From sequence record MH791411.1: a DNA stretch of 64,000 nucleotides; one strand, 5' to 3'. Both the position numbers and the translations under genes were made by a program. Source of the stretch: Escherichia phage Ecwhy_1. The notes beneath the pieces are model-generated. The model did not search any database and had not been told where the DNA came from. It saw only the letters and a program-made list of their open reading frames with translations. Shown piece by piece: positions 9,279 to 18,833 of this stretch; positions within the stretch are counted from its first letter, which is position 1, and the number at the start of each line of letters is the position of its first letter.

Positions 9279-10391
9279 TTTTTTATTGATACCAGAAAGA
9301 ACATCGAGTTCTTTTAGGAATGCCATATCGTCAGCGGTCATTTCTTCGCTTTCAACAATAGCCTGACGGTTGCCAGTGATTACTTTACCTTCTGCAAGAG
9401 TTCTCTTAGCGGAAGACTGAACTGCTTGACGAGTGGTAGCAGATTCATTTACTTTAGTACCGTTAAGTACTGACTTATGGTACTTGCTGAAATCGTCTTT
9501 AAGCTTTTCTGTAGGAGAAGTAGCTAGAAGGGATTCCATAATTTGTTTCTGTTGTGTAGTTAGTGGCTTAACTAGTTCAGACATAATCGCATTACGAGCT
9601 TGTGAATCTTCCATAATACGTAGTTTGGTTTTAGCAGCTTTAACTTCACTTACAGTTTCATTTAGTTCTTGTTTAACTTGTGCAATTTCGTCTTCTTTAG
9701 ACTTAATTGATTCAGTTAGGGAACGTAGTAGTGAATTCTCATTAAATTGTTTGACATTAAACTCTTGAGCAAACGCTTCAAAGATTTTACGACCAAACAT
9801 ATTTTGTTTTGCTTCAACAAGATCTTCTTTCAAAGCGTATAGGTTTTTCTGAGTAGTTTCTGCAATGTATTTAGCAGCACTTTCAGAGGTACGTTTGATG
9901 AAGTTGTTACGTGCTTCAGCAATTTGACGGGAGCCTTCAGCTAGTAGTTTTACGCGAGTTTCAACTAGTTGACGTTTCTCGATGTGGAATTCTTTTAGCT
10001 CTTCTGCTAGGATACCGTTAGAGAAATTAACGAATTTACCCATGCATTCTTGAAGATGCTTACGTTCTTTACGCATTTGTTTAACTTCTTCAGCCAAAAC
10101 AGAGTTAGAAAACGCAGAGAAATTACTTAGGGTTTTACGGAGAGTTACACGATCTTCTACAAGACGTTTTTTCTCTTCATATACTGCACCCATTTCTTCA
10201 GCGATAACTTGAGTAACCATAGTATTTAGACCTTCGGTTAGCTCGGACAAATCTTGTTTGTAGCGGCCTTTCATTTCTTCACGCATTTCTGCGGCAAGTG
10301 TGTTTTTTTCTTCATTCCATGCTTCCTGAATTAGCTGTTTTGCCTCATCAGAAAGAGATGATTCTTTTAGAAGCTTTTCTAATTTAGACAT
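9276..10391 (-). CDS. 22: prohead scaffold/core protein (gp22-like), 371 aa
   Basis: Strongly charged, predicted coiled-coil composition (E/K/L/Q-rich); sits between protease and capsid gene as in T4; AAAGGAGAG SD. Confidence 0.6.
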   Translation of the reverse strand: MSKLEKLLKESSLSDEAKQLIQEAWNEEKNTLAAEMREEMKGRYKQDLSELTEGLNTMVTQVIAEEMGAVYEEKKRLVEDRVTLRKTLSNFSAFSNSVLAEEVKQMRKERKHLQECMGKFVNFSNGILAEELKEFHIEKRQLVETRVKLLAEGSRQIAEARNNFIKRTSESAAKYIAETTQKNLYALKEDLVEAKQNMFGRKIFEAFAQEFNVKQFNENSLLRSLTESIKSKEDEIAQVKQELNETVSEVKAAKTKLRIMEDSQARNAIMSELVKPLTTQQKQIMESLLATSPTEKLKDDFSKYHKSVLNGTKVNESATTRQAVQSSAKRTLAEGKVITGNRQAIVESEEMTADDMAFLKELDVLSGINKK

Positions 10392-10457
10392 TCGTTCTCT
10401 CCTTTAAGTACTGAAATATCTGTACTTCAACATACAAATATTTATATTTTTAAAATG

Positions 10458-11078
10458 TTAACCTTTTAATTTCTTGAAAAAATCGTAAATTTCAGAATCT
10501 ACATTATTTACTGTTTTAGATTCTGTGATTTTTTTAGGACTATTACAAGGTGATCCGTACTTACTCATCAGAGATTCAAAAACCGCAGTAGGGTATGCCT
10601 CTGGAGCACTAGGTTGAGCAACAATATCAATTGTGATAATTTCAAAATCAGAAACTATTCCATTGTAATCCACGTTACCGGAACCACGAGAACTTACACC
10701 AAGTTTCACACCAGCTTCTAGCATTTTACGAATATTAGTACCATGAGCAGTATCAAGTAGTTTGATTTCTGCCATGCCGTTAGCACCTTCCATCCAGACC
10801 TTAGTAATCATTGCTGCTACACGGTCAAGGTTAATTGTTAGTGTTTCTGGGTGGTCACATTCAACTAGAATACTTTCACCTTTAGCCAAACGTTGAGCCA
10901 TATTATTAACAGCTTTAGTAATTTCGGCTAAAGGGTAAATTCTCTCATTTAAATTTCTTTGATCGGCTTGAATAGCAATACCACGAAGATAGCAATCACG
11001 CCCACCAAGTCCATTATCACGATGTTCCAAAACAACTTTAGAATCATTGAATGAAGACCATTCACGAATCATACTCAT
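10458..11078 (-). CDS. 21: prohead protease (gp21-like), 206 aa
   Basis: Size and position (core - protease - scaffold - capsid) match T4 gp21; AAGGAG SD. Sequence similarity to gp21 is by impression only. Confidence 0.6.
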   Translation of the reverse strand: MSMIREWSSFNDSKVVLEHRDNGLGGRDCYLRGIAIQADQRNLNERIYPLAEITKAVNNMAQRLAKGESILVECDHPETLTINLDRVAAMITKVWMEGANGMAEIKLLDTAHGTNIRKMLEAGVKLGVSSRGSGNVDYNGIVSDFEIITIDIVAQPSAPEAYPTAVFESLMSKYGSPCNSPKKITESKTVNNVDSEIYDFFKKLKG

Positions 11079-11109
11079 AATGATCTCCTTTCCTTTTCTT
11101 TATTTAGTG

Positions 11110-11943
11110 TTAGATTTTTGGTTGTGATTTTGGTAGTGGAGAACGAGATTTAGAAGCGGTATTTTTTGGCTTCGCAACATCTTTCATTTCGCCACGAGCA
11201 TTTTTACCTAGGTCTTCATCAGTGTGGGACATAGCATCTTCGTTTTCAAAATCATAATCTACTTGTTTTTCGGAAGCTTTAGCGAATTTCACTGGAGCAA
11301 CACCTTGAACTGGAGATTTAGCTTCTGGGGCAACTGGAGACTTGGTATTAACGCCAGCTTTTTCTTTCTTATCAACCGCAGCAACTTGCTTAAGTTTGAA
11401 AGACTCACCAACTTTCTCATCACCGAATTGTACATCAGCAAATTCGTCTTCAGATTCTTCACCATCAGCACCGAATTCTTCTTCCGCACCAACTTCAACT
11501 TCTTCGTCGTCAGAACCTAGGTCAACTTCATCACCACCGATTTCGTCAAACATTTGTTGTAGGCCACGGAAAGCATCTTGAATAGATTCCCATTGGTCTT
11601 CGGAAGGAACTTCTGCACCAACTTCTGCTTCAGCGTCAACTTCTTCGCCATCAGCATCAGCAGAGAATTCAACTTCTTCTTCTGCACTTTCATCTTCTTC
11701 ACCTAGGGTGTATTCGATTTCAGCATTTAGACCAGCGTCTGGTTGAACATCAAAGTCTTCGTCAAGTTTTTCTTCGTCTTTGACTTCAACTTCACATTCT
11801 TCTTCGTCCATGCTTTCTTCTAGTTCTTTATTGATTTCTTGAGCTTGCTCAACAAAGTACTTACGCATTTTTTTATCAGCAACATCTTGTTCGCCGTTTG
11901 CAAACGCTTCAATTGCTTCTTGTAGTAGTTTTAAATTCGCCAT
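11110..11943 (-). CDS. acidic prohead core / internal protein (~277 aa)
   Basis: Extremely acidic (long E/D runs); GGAGGA SD before the second ATG; occupies the T4 gp68-like position between portal and protease. Confidence 0.5.
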   Translation of the reverse strand: MANLKLLQEAIEAFANGEQDVADKKMRKYFVEQAQEINKELEESMDEEECEVEVKDEEKLDEDFDVQPDAGLNAEIEYTLGEEDESAEEEVEFSADADGEEVDAEAEVGAEVPSEDQWESIQDAFRGLQQMFDEIGGDEVDLGSDDEEVEVGAEEEFGADGEESEDEFADVQFGDEKVGESFKLKQVAAVDKKEKAGVNTKSPVAPEAKSPVQGVAPVKFAKASEKQVDYDFENEDAMSHTDEDLGKNARGEMKDVAKPKNTASKSRSPLPKSQPKI

Positions 11944-11977
11944 TATATCCTCCATAGATATATTACATTCATATAAA

Positions 11978-12034
11978 GTATGATATTATTTAGTACTGAA
12001 AAATTTCGCCATTTTTAAAAGCTTTAAAAAGTGC
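11978..12034 (-). repeat. ~55-bp late-promoter cassette, copy B (variant ACTAAATA core at 11987..11994)
   Basis: Near-identical to 9221..9278; the core motif sits 44 nt upstream of the 11943 ATG. Confidence 0.55.
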
Positions 12035-12043
12035 GATTTTTGT

Positions 12044-12271
12044 TTACATTAATCCTGAACCATCACCGGATGGTGCTGCTGCATAAACAACAGCGACAAC
12101 ATTTTTGCGTCGTTGTTCTTCATTAGCTTTAAATTCACGGTACTTTCTTAAATTATTAAGTACTTGTAATGTTAGTTTTGGTTTTCTGGAATCAGTAATT
12201 TTATATACGTTCTGATCATCTTCAGGGTCGTATAAAGAATCACTGCTAGATTCAAAGATGTCCTTTAACAT
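12044..12271 (-). CDS. small head-module protein (75 aa; gp67-like by position)
   Basis: ATG with AAAGGAGA SD; located between portal and core genes. Confidence 0.45.
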   Translation of the reverse strand: MLKDIFESSSDSLYDPEDDQNVYKITDSRKPKLTLQVLNNLRKYREFKANEEQRRKNVVAVVYAAAPSGDGSGLM

Positions 12272-12344
12272 TTCATCTCCTTTGAATATGCATTATAATG
12301 AGGGCAACTAATGTACCCTCATTCTTATACATTGTTATTTATGA

Positions 12345-14081
12345 TTAAAAAGAATCGCCTAAATTATTCGGGTTAAAACCTGCACTTCCTTGTTGTTCTT
12401 GGTATTCAGCATCGGCACTTTCTAAGTTACCGTCACCATCAATACCCAAATCCATACCAGGATCGTTAGGAGCATCTATACCAACAGATTGCAACCCAGC
12501 AGCATCTTCTTCACCACTTGACGGAGCGGAACCATCTTGTGGATTTTCTTGGAGCCACATTTGCTCATTCTTAACAATATCAGCTTTAGAGAAGCCCATT
12601 TTTTCAAGAATAGTTTGTTTTGCCATATATGGCAGATCGTTAAGTGGGAGATAGGTGTTAATTAGTTTAGCATCTAGTTCCGCTTTACGATAAGAAGCCA
12701 AGTTAATAGGTGGATTCATAATTACTTCAAAAGATGAAGTACTAATGTTATATCCATTTTTAACCATAAAACGTTTAAATTCTGCATCAAATAGTTTTGC
12801 AACTAAACGTTGATAACGCATACATTGGTTATTAAAACGTAATTCACTTGCCATTGCTTGTGTTGCACCATCACCGAATAGTGATACACCACCATCATCT
12901 GGACCTTGCGGTAGATATGAAGCTGGAATTTGCAATCCACGAATCAATTTATTGTTGAAGTAACGCAAGTCATCAATCTGACCTAAGTTATCACCACCTG
13001 GAAGTGTTTGTACATCTGAACCACGACCTTCAGAAGTTTGTGGGAAGAAGTAATCTTCTAGAATACTTAATGGATTATATGCTGCATCCATTAGAGAAGT
13101 ACTGCCACCTTTATTTGAAGGAATACGTCTTTGGTGAATTTCATTTTTGAATCGTTCTACGTATGCCATTGCTTGGTGAGTTTGCATATCACCAACGTCG
13201 ATTTTAAATACACGACGCTCTGGAGCACGTTGAACACGATAGATAATAATACTATCTTCAAGTAATTCTTTTTGTTTATAGACTTTGAAAACATCTTCAA
13301 GTATACTAGTACCAAAAGGCCAAACTCCATCTTGTCCTGTATTTAGGGTTAGATGAATTACGTGTTCTGCACCAACTGGAATAACATCAAGACGACCGTT
13401 AGTACTGAATGGGTCAGCAGAGTTTCCTTGGTTAGTAAAGCCAGATGCACCACCTGCTGCTACTGAACCACCGCCACCTAATGTGGTAGGGATTGCACCA
13501 GGATATGCAGTTTTGTCAAAACCAACTTGTAAGTTACTAAACACTTTATCTTTAAGATTCAAAGATACGTCACGGATATAATAAATTACAGGGGTTTTTC
13601 CGGTTGCTTCGTTAACGAATACTTGTTCAACGTTTTTTGGGCTTACCCAGTACCAGTCAAATGTTTCTGGGTCACGAATGAAGAATTGGTCACCGTATTT
13701 TAATAGGCCACGTACAATTTCATACATTCTGGTTTTAAAATCATTTTGTTCAGTCCATGCATCCAAACGGTCTTCAATAGTAGTTACTTCTGTATCACCA
13801 ATATCATCTTTATATTTGATTTTATATGGAAGACCAAAATCTTCAGTACTTTGTGTACAGAAGTCAGCAATGATATTAAGTGCTGTTCTAATTTCAGGAT
13901 CTTGGTCCATCTGTTCATACTGACTATAACGTTCAGTACGGTTAGCTAAACCATTGTATACTACTGGAAGATAGGAAGCGAAATTGGTTTTCGTTCCTGT
14001 TGATTTGTTGCTATTACTGGACTGATTAGGGACGACCGATAACTTCGATCTCCCCATTGTCATATGTCGTTTCCAACTCAT
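12345..14081 (-). CDS. 20: portal protein (gp20-like), 578 aa
   Basis: IIYRVQRAPERRVFKIDVGDM and DYFFPQTSEGRGSDVQTLPGGDNLGQIDDLRYF align to T4 gp20 [21 protein letters not shown] and [33 protein letters not shown] as recalled; AAGGA SD. Confidence 0.9.
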   Translation of the reverse strand: MSWKRHMTMGRSKLSVVPNQSSNSNKSTGTKTNFASYLPVVYNGLANRTERYSQYEQMDQDPEIRTALNIIADFCTQSTEDFGLPYKIKYKDDIGDTEVTTIEDRLDAWTEQNDFKTRMYEIVRGLLKYGDQFFIRDPETFDWYWVSPKNVEQVFVNEATGKTPVIYYIRDVSLNLKDKVFSNLQVGFDKTAYPGAIPTTLGGGGSVAAGGASGFTNQGNSADPFSTNGRLDVIPVGAEHVIHLTLNTGQDGVWPFGTSILEDVFKVYKQKELLEDSIIIYRVQRAPERRVFKIDVGDMQTHQAMAYVERFKNEIHQRRIPSNKGGSTSLMDAAYNPLSILEDYFFPQTSEGRGSDVQTLPGGDNLGQIDDLRYFNNKLIRGLQIPASYLPQGPDDGGVSLFGDGATQAMASELRFNNQCMRYQRLVAKLFDAEFKRFMVKNGYNISTSSFEVIMNPPINLASYRKAELDAKLINTYLPLNDLPYMAKQTILEKMGFSKADIVKNEQMWLQENPQDGSAPSSGEEDAAGLQSVGIDAPNDPGMDLGIDGDGNLESADAEYQEQQGSAGFNPNNLGDSF

Positions 14082-14093
14082 TATTGTTCGTCC

Positions 14094-16292
14094 TTAACTG
14101 TTTCTCTCACCTTGGGTGTTTTCAGAGATAGTTCTTAGATAATTATTTGTCTGTTGTACAGCAGATAGTGATTGTTCATTAACATCGGCAAGCTTTTTGA
14201 GTATTTCTTTCATTTCATCAGAAATCGGTGCTGGTGGTCCAGTTCTCGATGTCACTGCACTACCATTATTTATCATCTTCTTAATTGCCTCTGTATCGTC
14301 AGGTTTTGGTGGAACTGGTGGTTCACCTGGTGCCCATGCAGTTTTATCAAAATCTTTACGAGATACAGTTATTTCTGGAGCAACGTTATTGGTTTTTTCA
14401 ATAACAGGACGAATACGTTCTACTCCTGGACGGTTGAATAAACTGTCAGCATAATCAGATGGTAGTGGTTTTGGTTCTTTGTAGTTACGTGAGGTGTTCC
14501 ATTTGTTGAACTTATCCCACATCCCTGCAAAATAATCACTAACACTATTTACACCGTTGTCAATGATGTTGTTTACGCTTTCTGCTGGGGTTTCAGTACT
14601 GTTATTGAGTTTTATATCATTATCAGAACCACCACCGAACCAACTTTTAACAGAATTCCATAGGTTACCTGGTAAATCCATTAAGTTATTCATAAAGGTA
14701 TCAAATGCTTCTGACACTTTAGAGTAACCTGAACCGAATATATCTGCACCCAATCCATCCAACCAAGCTGTAAATTCAGCACCAATACGATCAAGGTAAG
14801 CAATTGCATCTTTAGCAATAGGTACTAACCCAAATCCATCAAGAGCCAATTCCCCAATAAACTCCCATGCACCATCAGTTCTGTCTGCAATGTCAGAAAG
14901 ATAATCCACAATTGAATTTTGTGTATTAGCATACATTGTATTAAATGGTTCAGTGAATTCTTTACTAATCCACATATTGAAGCGGTTAGTAAATTGAGTT
15001 AATTTATCAGCGGGATTATTTTTAGGTTCATTTACGGTTGCTTCCATATCCAATAGTTGTTGGTAGAAGGTTGCAGCAGTTGTGTTTCCTAATTGAATCT
15101 GGTTAAGCAAATCTTGCTTAATTAATTCTTTATTCTTTTTAACGAATTCTAATTGTTGGCGACGAATTTCTTGTGAATCAGTTACACCACTACGTACAAG
15201 ATTTTCACCTAAATCAGCGAACTGGTTCAGTACTGGAGTGAGTAGGTCATCCGGTACGCCACCAATAGACAATCTGTGTGATATCAAACGGAGGAAATCT
15301 GCACCTGCATCACCCATTGCACCCGCAGCTTCGTTGAACGCCTTAGATGTTGCTACAGCAGCTTTACTGGATAGTCCAGAGTAGTTCTGCAATGCAATTT
15401 GCATAGAACGAGTATCGAGTGATTTATCTAGGTTTTGCGTTTTGTTTAGTAATGCATCAACGGATTCACCCATACTTTTACTGAATTTAGTCATGCTCAT
15501 GATAAATTGTTCAGTACTTTTAGCTTGGTCCATACTACGAAGAGCTTCACGACCACCATATTGTTTTTGGAACTTAATGTTTCTTGCAGTTAAATCAGTT
15601 AATGTTTTTTGAGAAATACCATAAAGGCCAAGTTCATTTTGAGCTTGTTGAACAGTTCCTAATAATTTACCAAAGGTAGCAACACCATCACCATATGCCC
15701 CATCCAATTGAGCTACTACAGAACTATGTGTTTGTAGAGCTTCACTGAATGCATCCATACTCAACATAGATGCACCTGCACCTTTCAGTACTGAACCATA
15801 ACCTTCAGCCAATGCAACACCAGCACTGTTAATTCTGGTATATACTTCCAATTGTGCATTAAGTGCGTTATATACAGCAAGACCAGCACCAGTAACGAGT
15901 TTAAATGCTGCTGCCGCTGCACCAATTGGACCTGGCATCATTGCTAATGAACCAGCAAATGATGATGCACTAACGCCTAATGAGTTTACTACAGTACTTA
16001 CGTTCGTACTGGAGTTCATCATTGTTTTGCTTACATTGGAAACTTCAGAAGATAGTGATTTGAACAATTTACCAAATGCTTTCCCATCATCGGCTTGTGC
16101 ACTTCCACGATTTCCACGATTACTGGAAGAACTGGAACTGGAACCATTCTTTTTACTATTTGAACCTGATTTTTTCTTATCATTCTTTATATTTTCAGCT
16201 AATAACTCACGGATAGCAGTCAAACTATCATTGTTATCTTTAGTTTGATTAACCAACTGCTGTAGTAGGTAATCACTTGTATTGACAGCCAT
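14094..16292 (-). CDS. Gly/Ala/Ser-rich virion protein, tape-measure-like or internal/ejection protein (~732 aa)
   Basis: Start taken at MAVNTSDYLLQQ (AAGGGA SD); poly-Ser tract, Ala/Gly-rich helical segments typical of tape-measure proteins; immediately upstream of portal in the same operon. Confidence 0.4.
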   Translation of the reverse strand: MAVNTSDYLLQQLVNQTKDNNDSLTAIRELLAENIKNDKKKSGSNSKKNGSSSSSSSNRGNRGSAQADDGKAFGKLFKSLSSEVSNVSKTMMNSSTNVSTVVNSLGVSASSFAGSLAMMPGPIGAAAAAFKLVTGAGLAVYNALNAQLEVYTRINSAGVALAEGYGSVLKGAGASMLSMDAFSEALQTHSSVVAQLDGAYGDGVATFGKLLGTVQQAQNELGLYGISQKTLTDLTARNIKFQKQYGGREALRSMDQAKSTEQFIMSMTKFSKSMGESVDALLNKTQNLDKSLDTRSMQIALQNYSGLSSKAAVATSKAFNEAAGAMGDAGADFLRLISHRLSIGGVPDDLLTPVLNQFADLGENLVRSGVTDSQEIRRQQLEFVKKNKELIKQDLLNQIQLGNTTAATFYQQLLDMEATVNEPKNNPADKLTQFTNRFNMWISKEFTEPFNTMYANTQNSIVDYLSDIADRTDGAWEFIGELALDGFGLVPIAKDAIAYLDRIGAEFTAWLDGLGADIFGSGYSKVSEAFDTFMNNLMDLPGNLWNSVKSWFGGGSDNDIKLNNSTETPAESVNNIIDNGVNSVSDYFAGMWDKFNKWNTSRNYKEPKPLPSDYADSLFNRPGVERIRPVIEKTNNVAPEITVSRKDFDKTAWAPGEPPVPPKPDDTEAIKKMINNGSAVTSRTGPPAPISDEMKEILKKLADVNEQSLSAVQQTNNYLRTISENTQGERNS

Positions 16293-16437
16293 AACATTCC
16301 CTTTTAATAGATGTATTATAGAAATATTTATGAATCTATAACGAATAAAAAAGACCCATCTATAACATTTGTCCAATTTGTCCCATTTTTTGGTAATAAA
16401 TACTACAGAGACATTTATTACATGGAGATTTAATAAA

Positions 16438-17274
16438 ATGGCAATGAACCCACTAGCTAAGTATACTAAAATTGAAGAACTTGGTACAAAATTGGTCACA
16501 AATGGCGTGATTCCTTATAAAGAAGGAGTTCTTGGCTCTAAAGGTATCAAATGTGGCATTTGTGCTCGTAGTGCACGCGATGAAATGACACTCAATACAC
16601 CAGATATGCTTCTAAATGGTGATGCAATTGCTCGTGTTATTGAAAACTGCGTACCTAACGTACTTGATGCAGATGAACTTTATGTAAATGACGTAGAGCA
16701 ACTACTTATCGCTATTAAAGTAGCTTCTAAAGAAGAATCATATGATATTAATGTGACATGTCCTGAATGTAACAAAGAAGGCCGTTTTGAGCGTAGCTTA
16801 TCATATCTACTAGAAACAGCACAAACTTTCAGTGAAGTTCCTACTGTACAATTGGATAATGGACTAAGTTTAGAGTTTAGACCACTTACTTGGAAGGAAT
16901 ATTCTAACTTCGCAGAAAGAATGTTTACAGAACAACAAAAAACTAAATTCCTTGAAACTGCCGAAATGGAGCAGGAAGAAAAAGTTAAAGTGTTTGGTGA
17001 AGTATTTGAAAGTATGGCACAACTCAACTTTGATATGATCGCAGGAGTTATTGCTAAAGTAATTACTCCTGAAGGTGATGAAGTAACTGAAAACGAATTC
17101 ATTGCTGAATGGCTAGGTCAGCAGTCCAAAGGAACACTTAAAATAATTCGTGAAAAAATGGATGAAGTACTTGAAATTGGTGTTTCCCATACTATGGAAG
17201 TTGAATGCAGTGACTGTAATCATCAATGGGAAATTAATGGACTGAAATATGACCCAAGTCATTTTTTCGCATAA
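16438..17274 (+). CDS. hypothetical zinc-binding protein (~278 aa) with three C-x2-C motifs
   Basis: CGIC, CPEC and CSDC motifs; GGAGA SD; AATAAATA late-type motif upstream. Confidence 0.5.
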   Translation: MAMNPLAKYTKIEELGTKLVTNGVIPYKEGVLGSKGIKCGICARSARDEMTLNTPDMLLNGDAIARVIENCVPNVLDADELYVNDVEQLLIAIKVASKEESYDINVTCPECNKEGRFERSLSYLLETAQTFSEVPTVQLDNGLSLEFRPLTWKEYSNFAERMFTEQQKTKFLETAEMEQEEKVKVFGEVFESMAQLNFDMIAGVIAKVITPEGDEVTENEFIAEWLGQQSKGTLKIIREKMDEVLEIGVSHTMEVECSDCNHQWEINGLKYDPSHFFA

Positions 17275-17483
17275 TGCTTCTCCACTCATCTCCTGAAGAA
17301 ATACAAGAAGTACTTAAGGAATTTGAGTTGAATAAGTCAGATATTAAAACTGCATTAATGGAGTGTTCTGTTTATATGGAAAGTGTTGATTACGGAACAC
17401 TACTTAATATGCCACTAATTGATAGAGACTTATTAGTTAAGTCTTTTAATAAGAAAATTAAAAAACAAAACGAGAAGCACTAA
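17274..17483 (+). CDS. small hypothetical protein (69 aa)
   Basis: ATG overlaps the stop of the upstream gene (TAATG); followed by a strong terminator. Confidence 0.4.
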   Translation: MLLHSSPEEIQEVLKEFELNKSDIKTALMECSVYMESVDYGTLLNMPLIDRDLLVKSFNKKIKKQNEKH

Positions 17484-17492
17484 CTCACAAGG

Positions 17493-17523
17493 AGCCAGCA
17501 CATTGTTGCTGGTTTTTTTTTTT
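17493..17523 (+). terminator. rho-independent terminator
   Basis: GCCAGCA-cattgt-TGCTGG hairpin followed by a 12-nt T-run. Confidence 0.75.
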
Positions 17524-18323
17524 GGTTTTAAACTACAGAATTGATTGAATTGAATTATGAAAGGAATTAATTATTTTATAGTGAACTCATCTAACTCATT
17601 TCATTCGTTAGCTGAAGAATATTCGTTACTACGTAACTCATATTCATTTCTTATAATTAATTATAAAGAACTTTAAAAGATTTAATACTTGACGGGATTT
17701 GTTGAAGACATTTTCATCCCCCCGCAGGGGAATGAAGACAATAAAAAAGAGACAATTAAGTCTCTTAATTCTTGACGCTGATGGTTTCAGCATTTATTGT
17801 ATTGCGAATTTCTTAAAATTCATTAAGAACGAAAGCGGGTTGCTCTGTTTCTCTCTATCGCAGTCATGTGCAACGGTCGTCAGTCTTAATCATCCTGACA
17901 CTCACCTGAAAGTCTATACAATCAAACTTCAGGCTGTTTATTAAATCACTTAATAAACTCCCTTAGCAAATCTGGTAAGGTGCGATCCTTATACATCTAT
18001 CGAGGAACTCTCTGTATGCTTATCGGAGTTCTTTATTGAGCCGTGTCGCCGTGAGGGGTTCAAACTATGCCCACATCTAACGGGTTTCTTCTGCTCATCG
18101 CACTGTTGAACTGCTCATCTGCCATCTACATTTTCGATAGGATCAGGTTCTAATTTATATGCATTTCTGCATTCAACAGGATTGTCATCACTACAATTAA
18201 CATTATAGCACCAAATTCAAAAGTGTCTCACTATTATGATAAAAAATTTATAAAAAGTACATAATTCTTGAACATTGAAGTAACGCATAAATATTTTGAT
18301 AAGAATTAGTTTAGTGGGGATTT

Positions 18324-18815
18324 ATGAAGAAAAGATTAAAAGATAGTAAAGAAGCTGCAAACTATCGAAATGAATTACTAAAGAAGCAAAAAGGAATTGA
18401 TCCTATAATTAAGGAACCAATCACTAAGCCAGTACTTGATCACTATCACTTCGAGAATCAACACTGTCGTGAAGTTCTCCAGAACGAAGTGAACGCATGG
18501 GAAGGTAAAGTACAGAACAGCTTTAATCGCTATATGAAGCACTTAACCGATAAACCCTTATACGAGGTACTACGAAATCTTGCGGATTATCTGGAGCGTA
18601 ATAACAGCATTCCTGAAGATGAGCAAGTTATACATCACACTGCACTAACAATCGATACGAATAAGTTTAAAAGGCTCCCAGCAGGACAACAGAATGCAAT
18701 ACTGGAAGAGTTAGGTGTTATCCCTGGTGCAAACAATGCTGCTCGTGTTAAGCAAGCCAGAAAGCTTATCAAGGAAGGCAAATTAAATATGGTAGATATA
18801 AAAAAAGGGAGCTAA
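18324..18815 (+). CDS. endonuclease VII-like (T4 gp49-like) HNH-type nuclease, 163 aa
   Basis: LDHYHFENQ...NEVNAWEGKVQNSFNR...DYLERN resembles T4 EndoVII HLDHDHELNG...NAAEGQMKHKFNR...DYLEWLEN as recalled; CATAAATA late-type motif about 30 nt upstream. Confidence 0.5.
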   Translation: MKKRLKDSKEAANYRNELLKKQKGIDPIIKEPITKPVLDHYHFENQHCREVLQNEVNAWEGKVQNSFNRYMKHLTDKPLYEVLRNLADYLERNNSIPEDEQVIHHTALTIDTNKFKRLPAGQQNAILEELGVIPGANNAARVKQARKLIKEGKLNMVDIKKGS

Positions 18816-18833
18816 GGCTCCCTTTCCTTTTAA
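18800..18833. terminator. bidirectional terminator between convergent genes
   Basis: GGGAGC-taag-GCTCCC hairpin flanked by an A-run upstream and T-run downstream; the plus-gene stop codon lies in the loop. Confidence 0.7.

Noticed and set aside
11224-11702. Several ORFs (11224..11520, 11289..11498, 11342..11581, 11517..11702) overlapping the acidic core gene
   Set aside because: Alternative-frame artefacts of a GAA/GAT-rich acidic gene; translations are low-complexity Ser/Lys/Leu runs.
16293-16499. N-terminal extension of the tape-measure-like ORF (MTNFVPSSSILVYL...)
   Set aside because: Hydrophobic read-through of the intergenic promoter region; the ATG at 16292 has an AAGGGA SD and begins the real protein sequence.
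17699-17944. 81-aa ORF inside the non-coding island
   Set aside because: Spans the hairpin cluster, has no SD, and has an implausible composition; more likely RNA structure than coding.
17530-18320. Possible tRNA gene in the structured island (GGGGTTCAAAC resembles a T-loop)
   Set aside because: Flanking sequence cannot form a T-stem or acceptor stem on either strand; no cloverleaf found by manual folding. A covariance-model scan is still needed.
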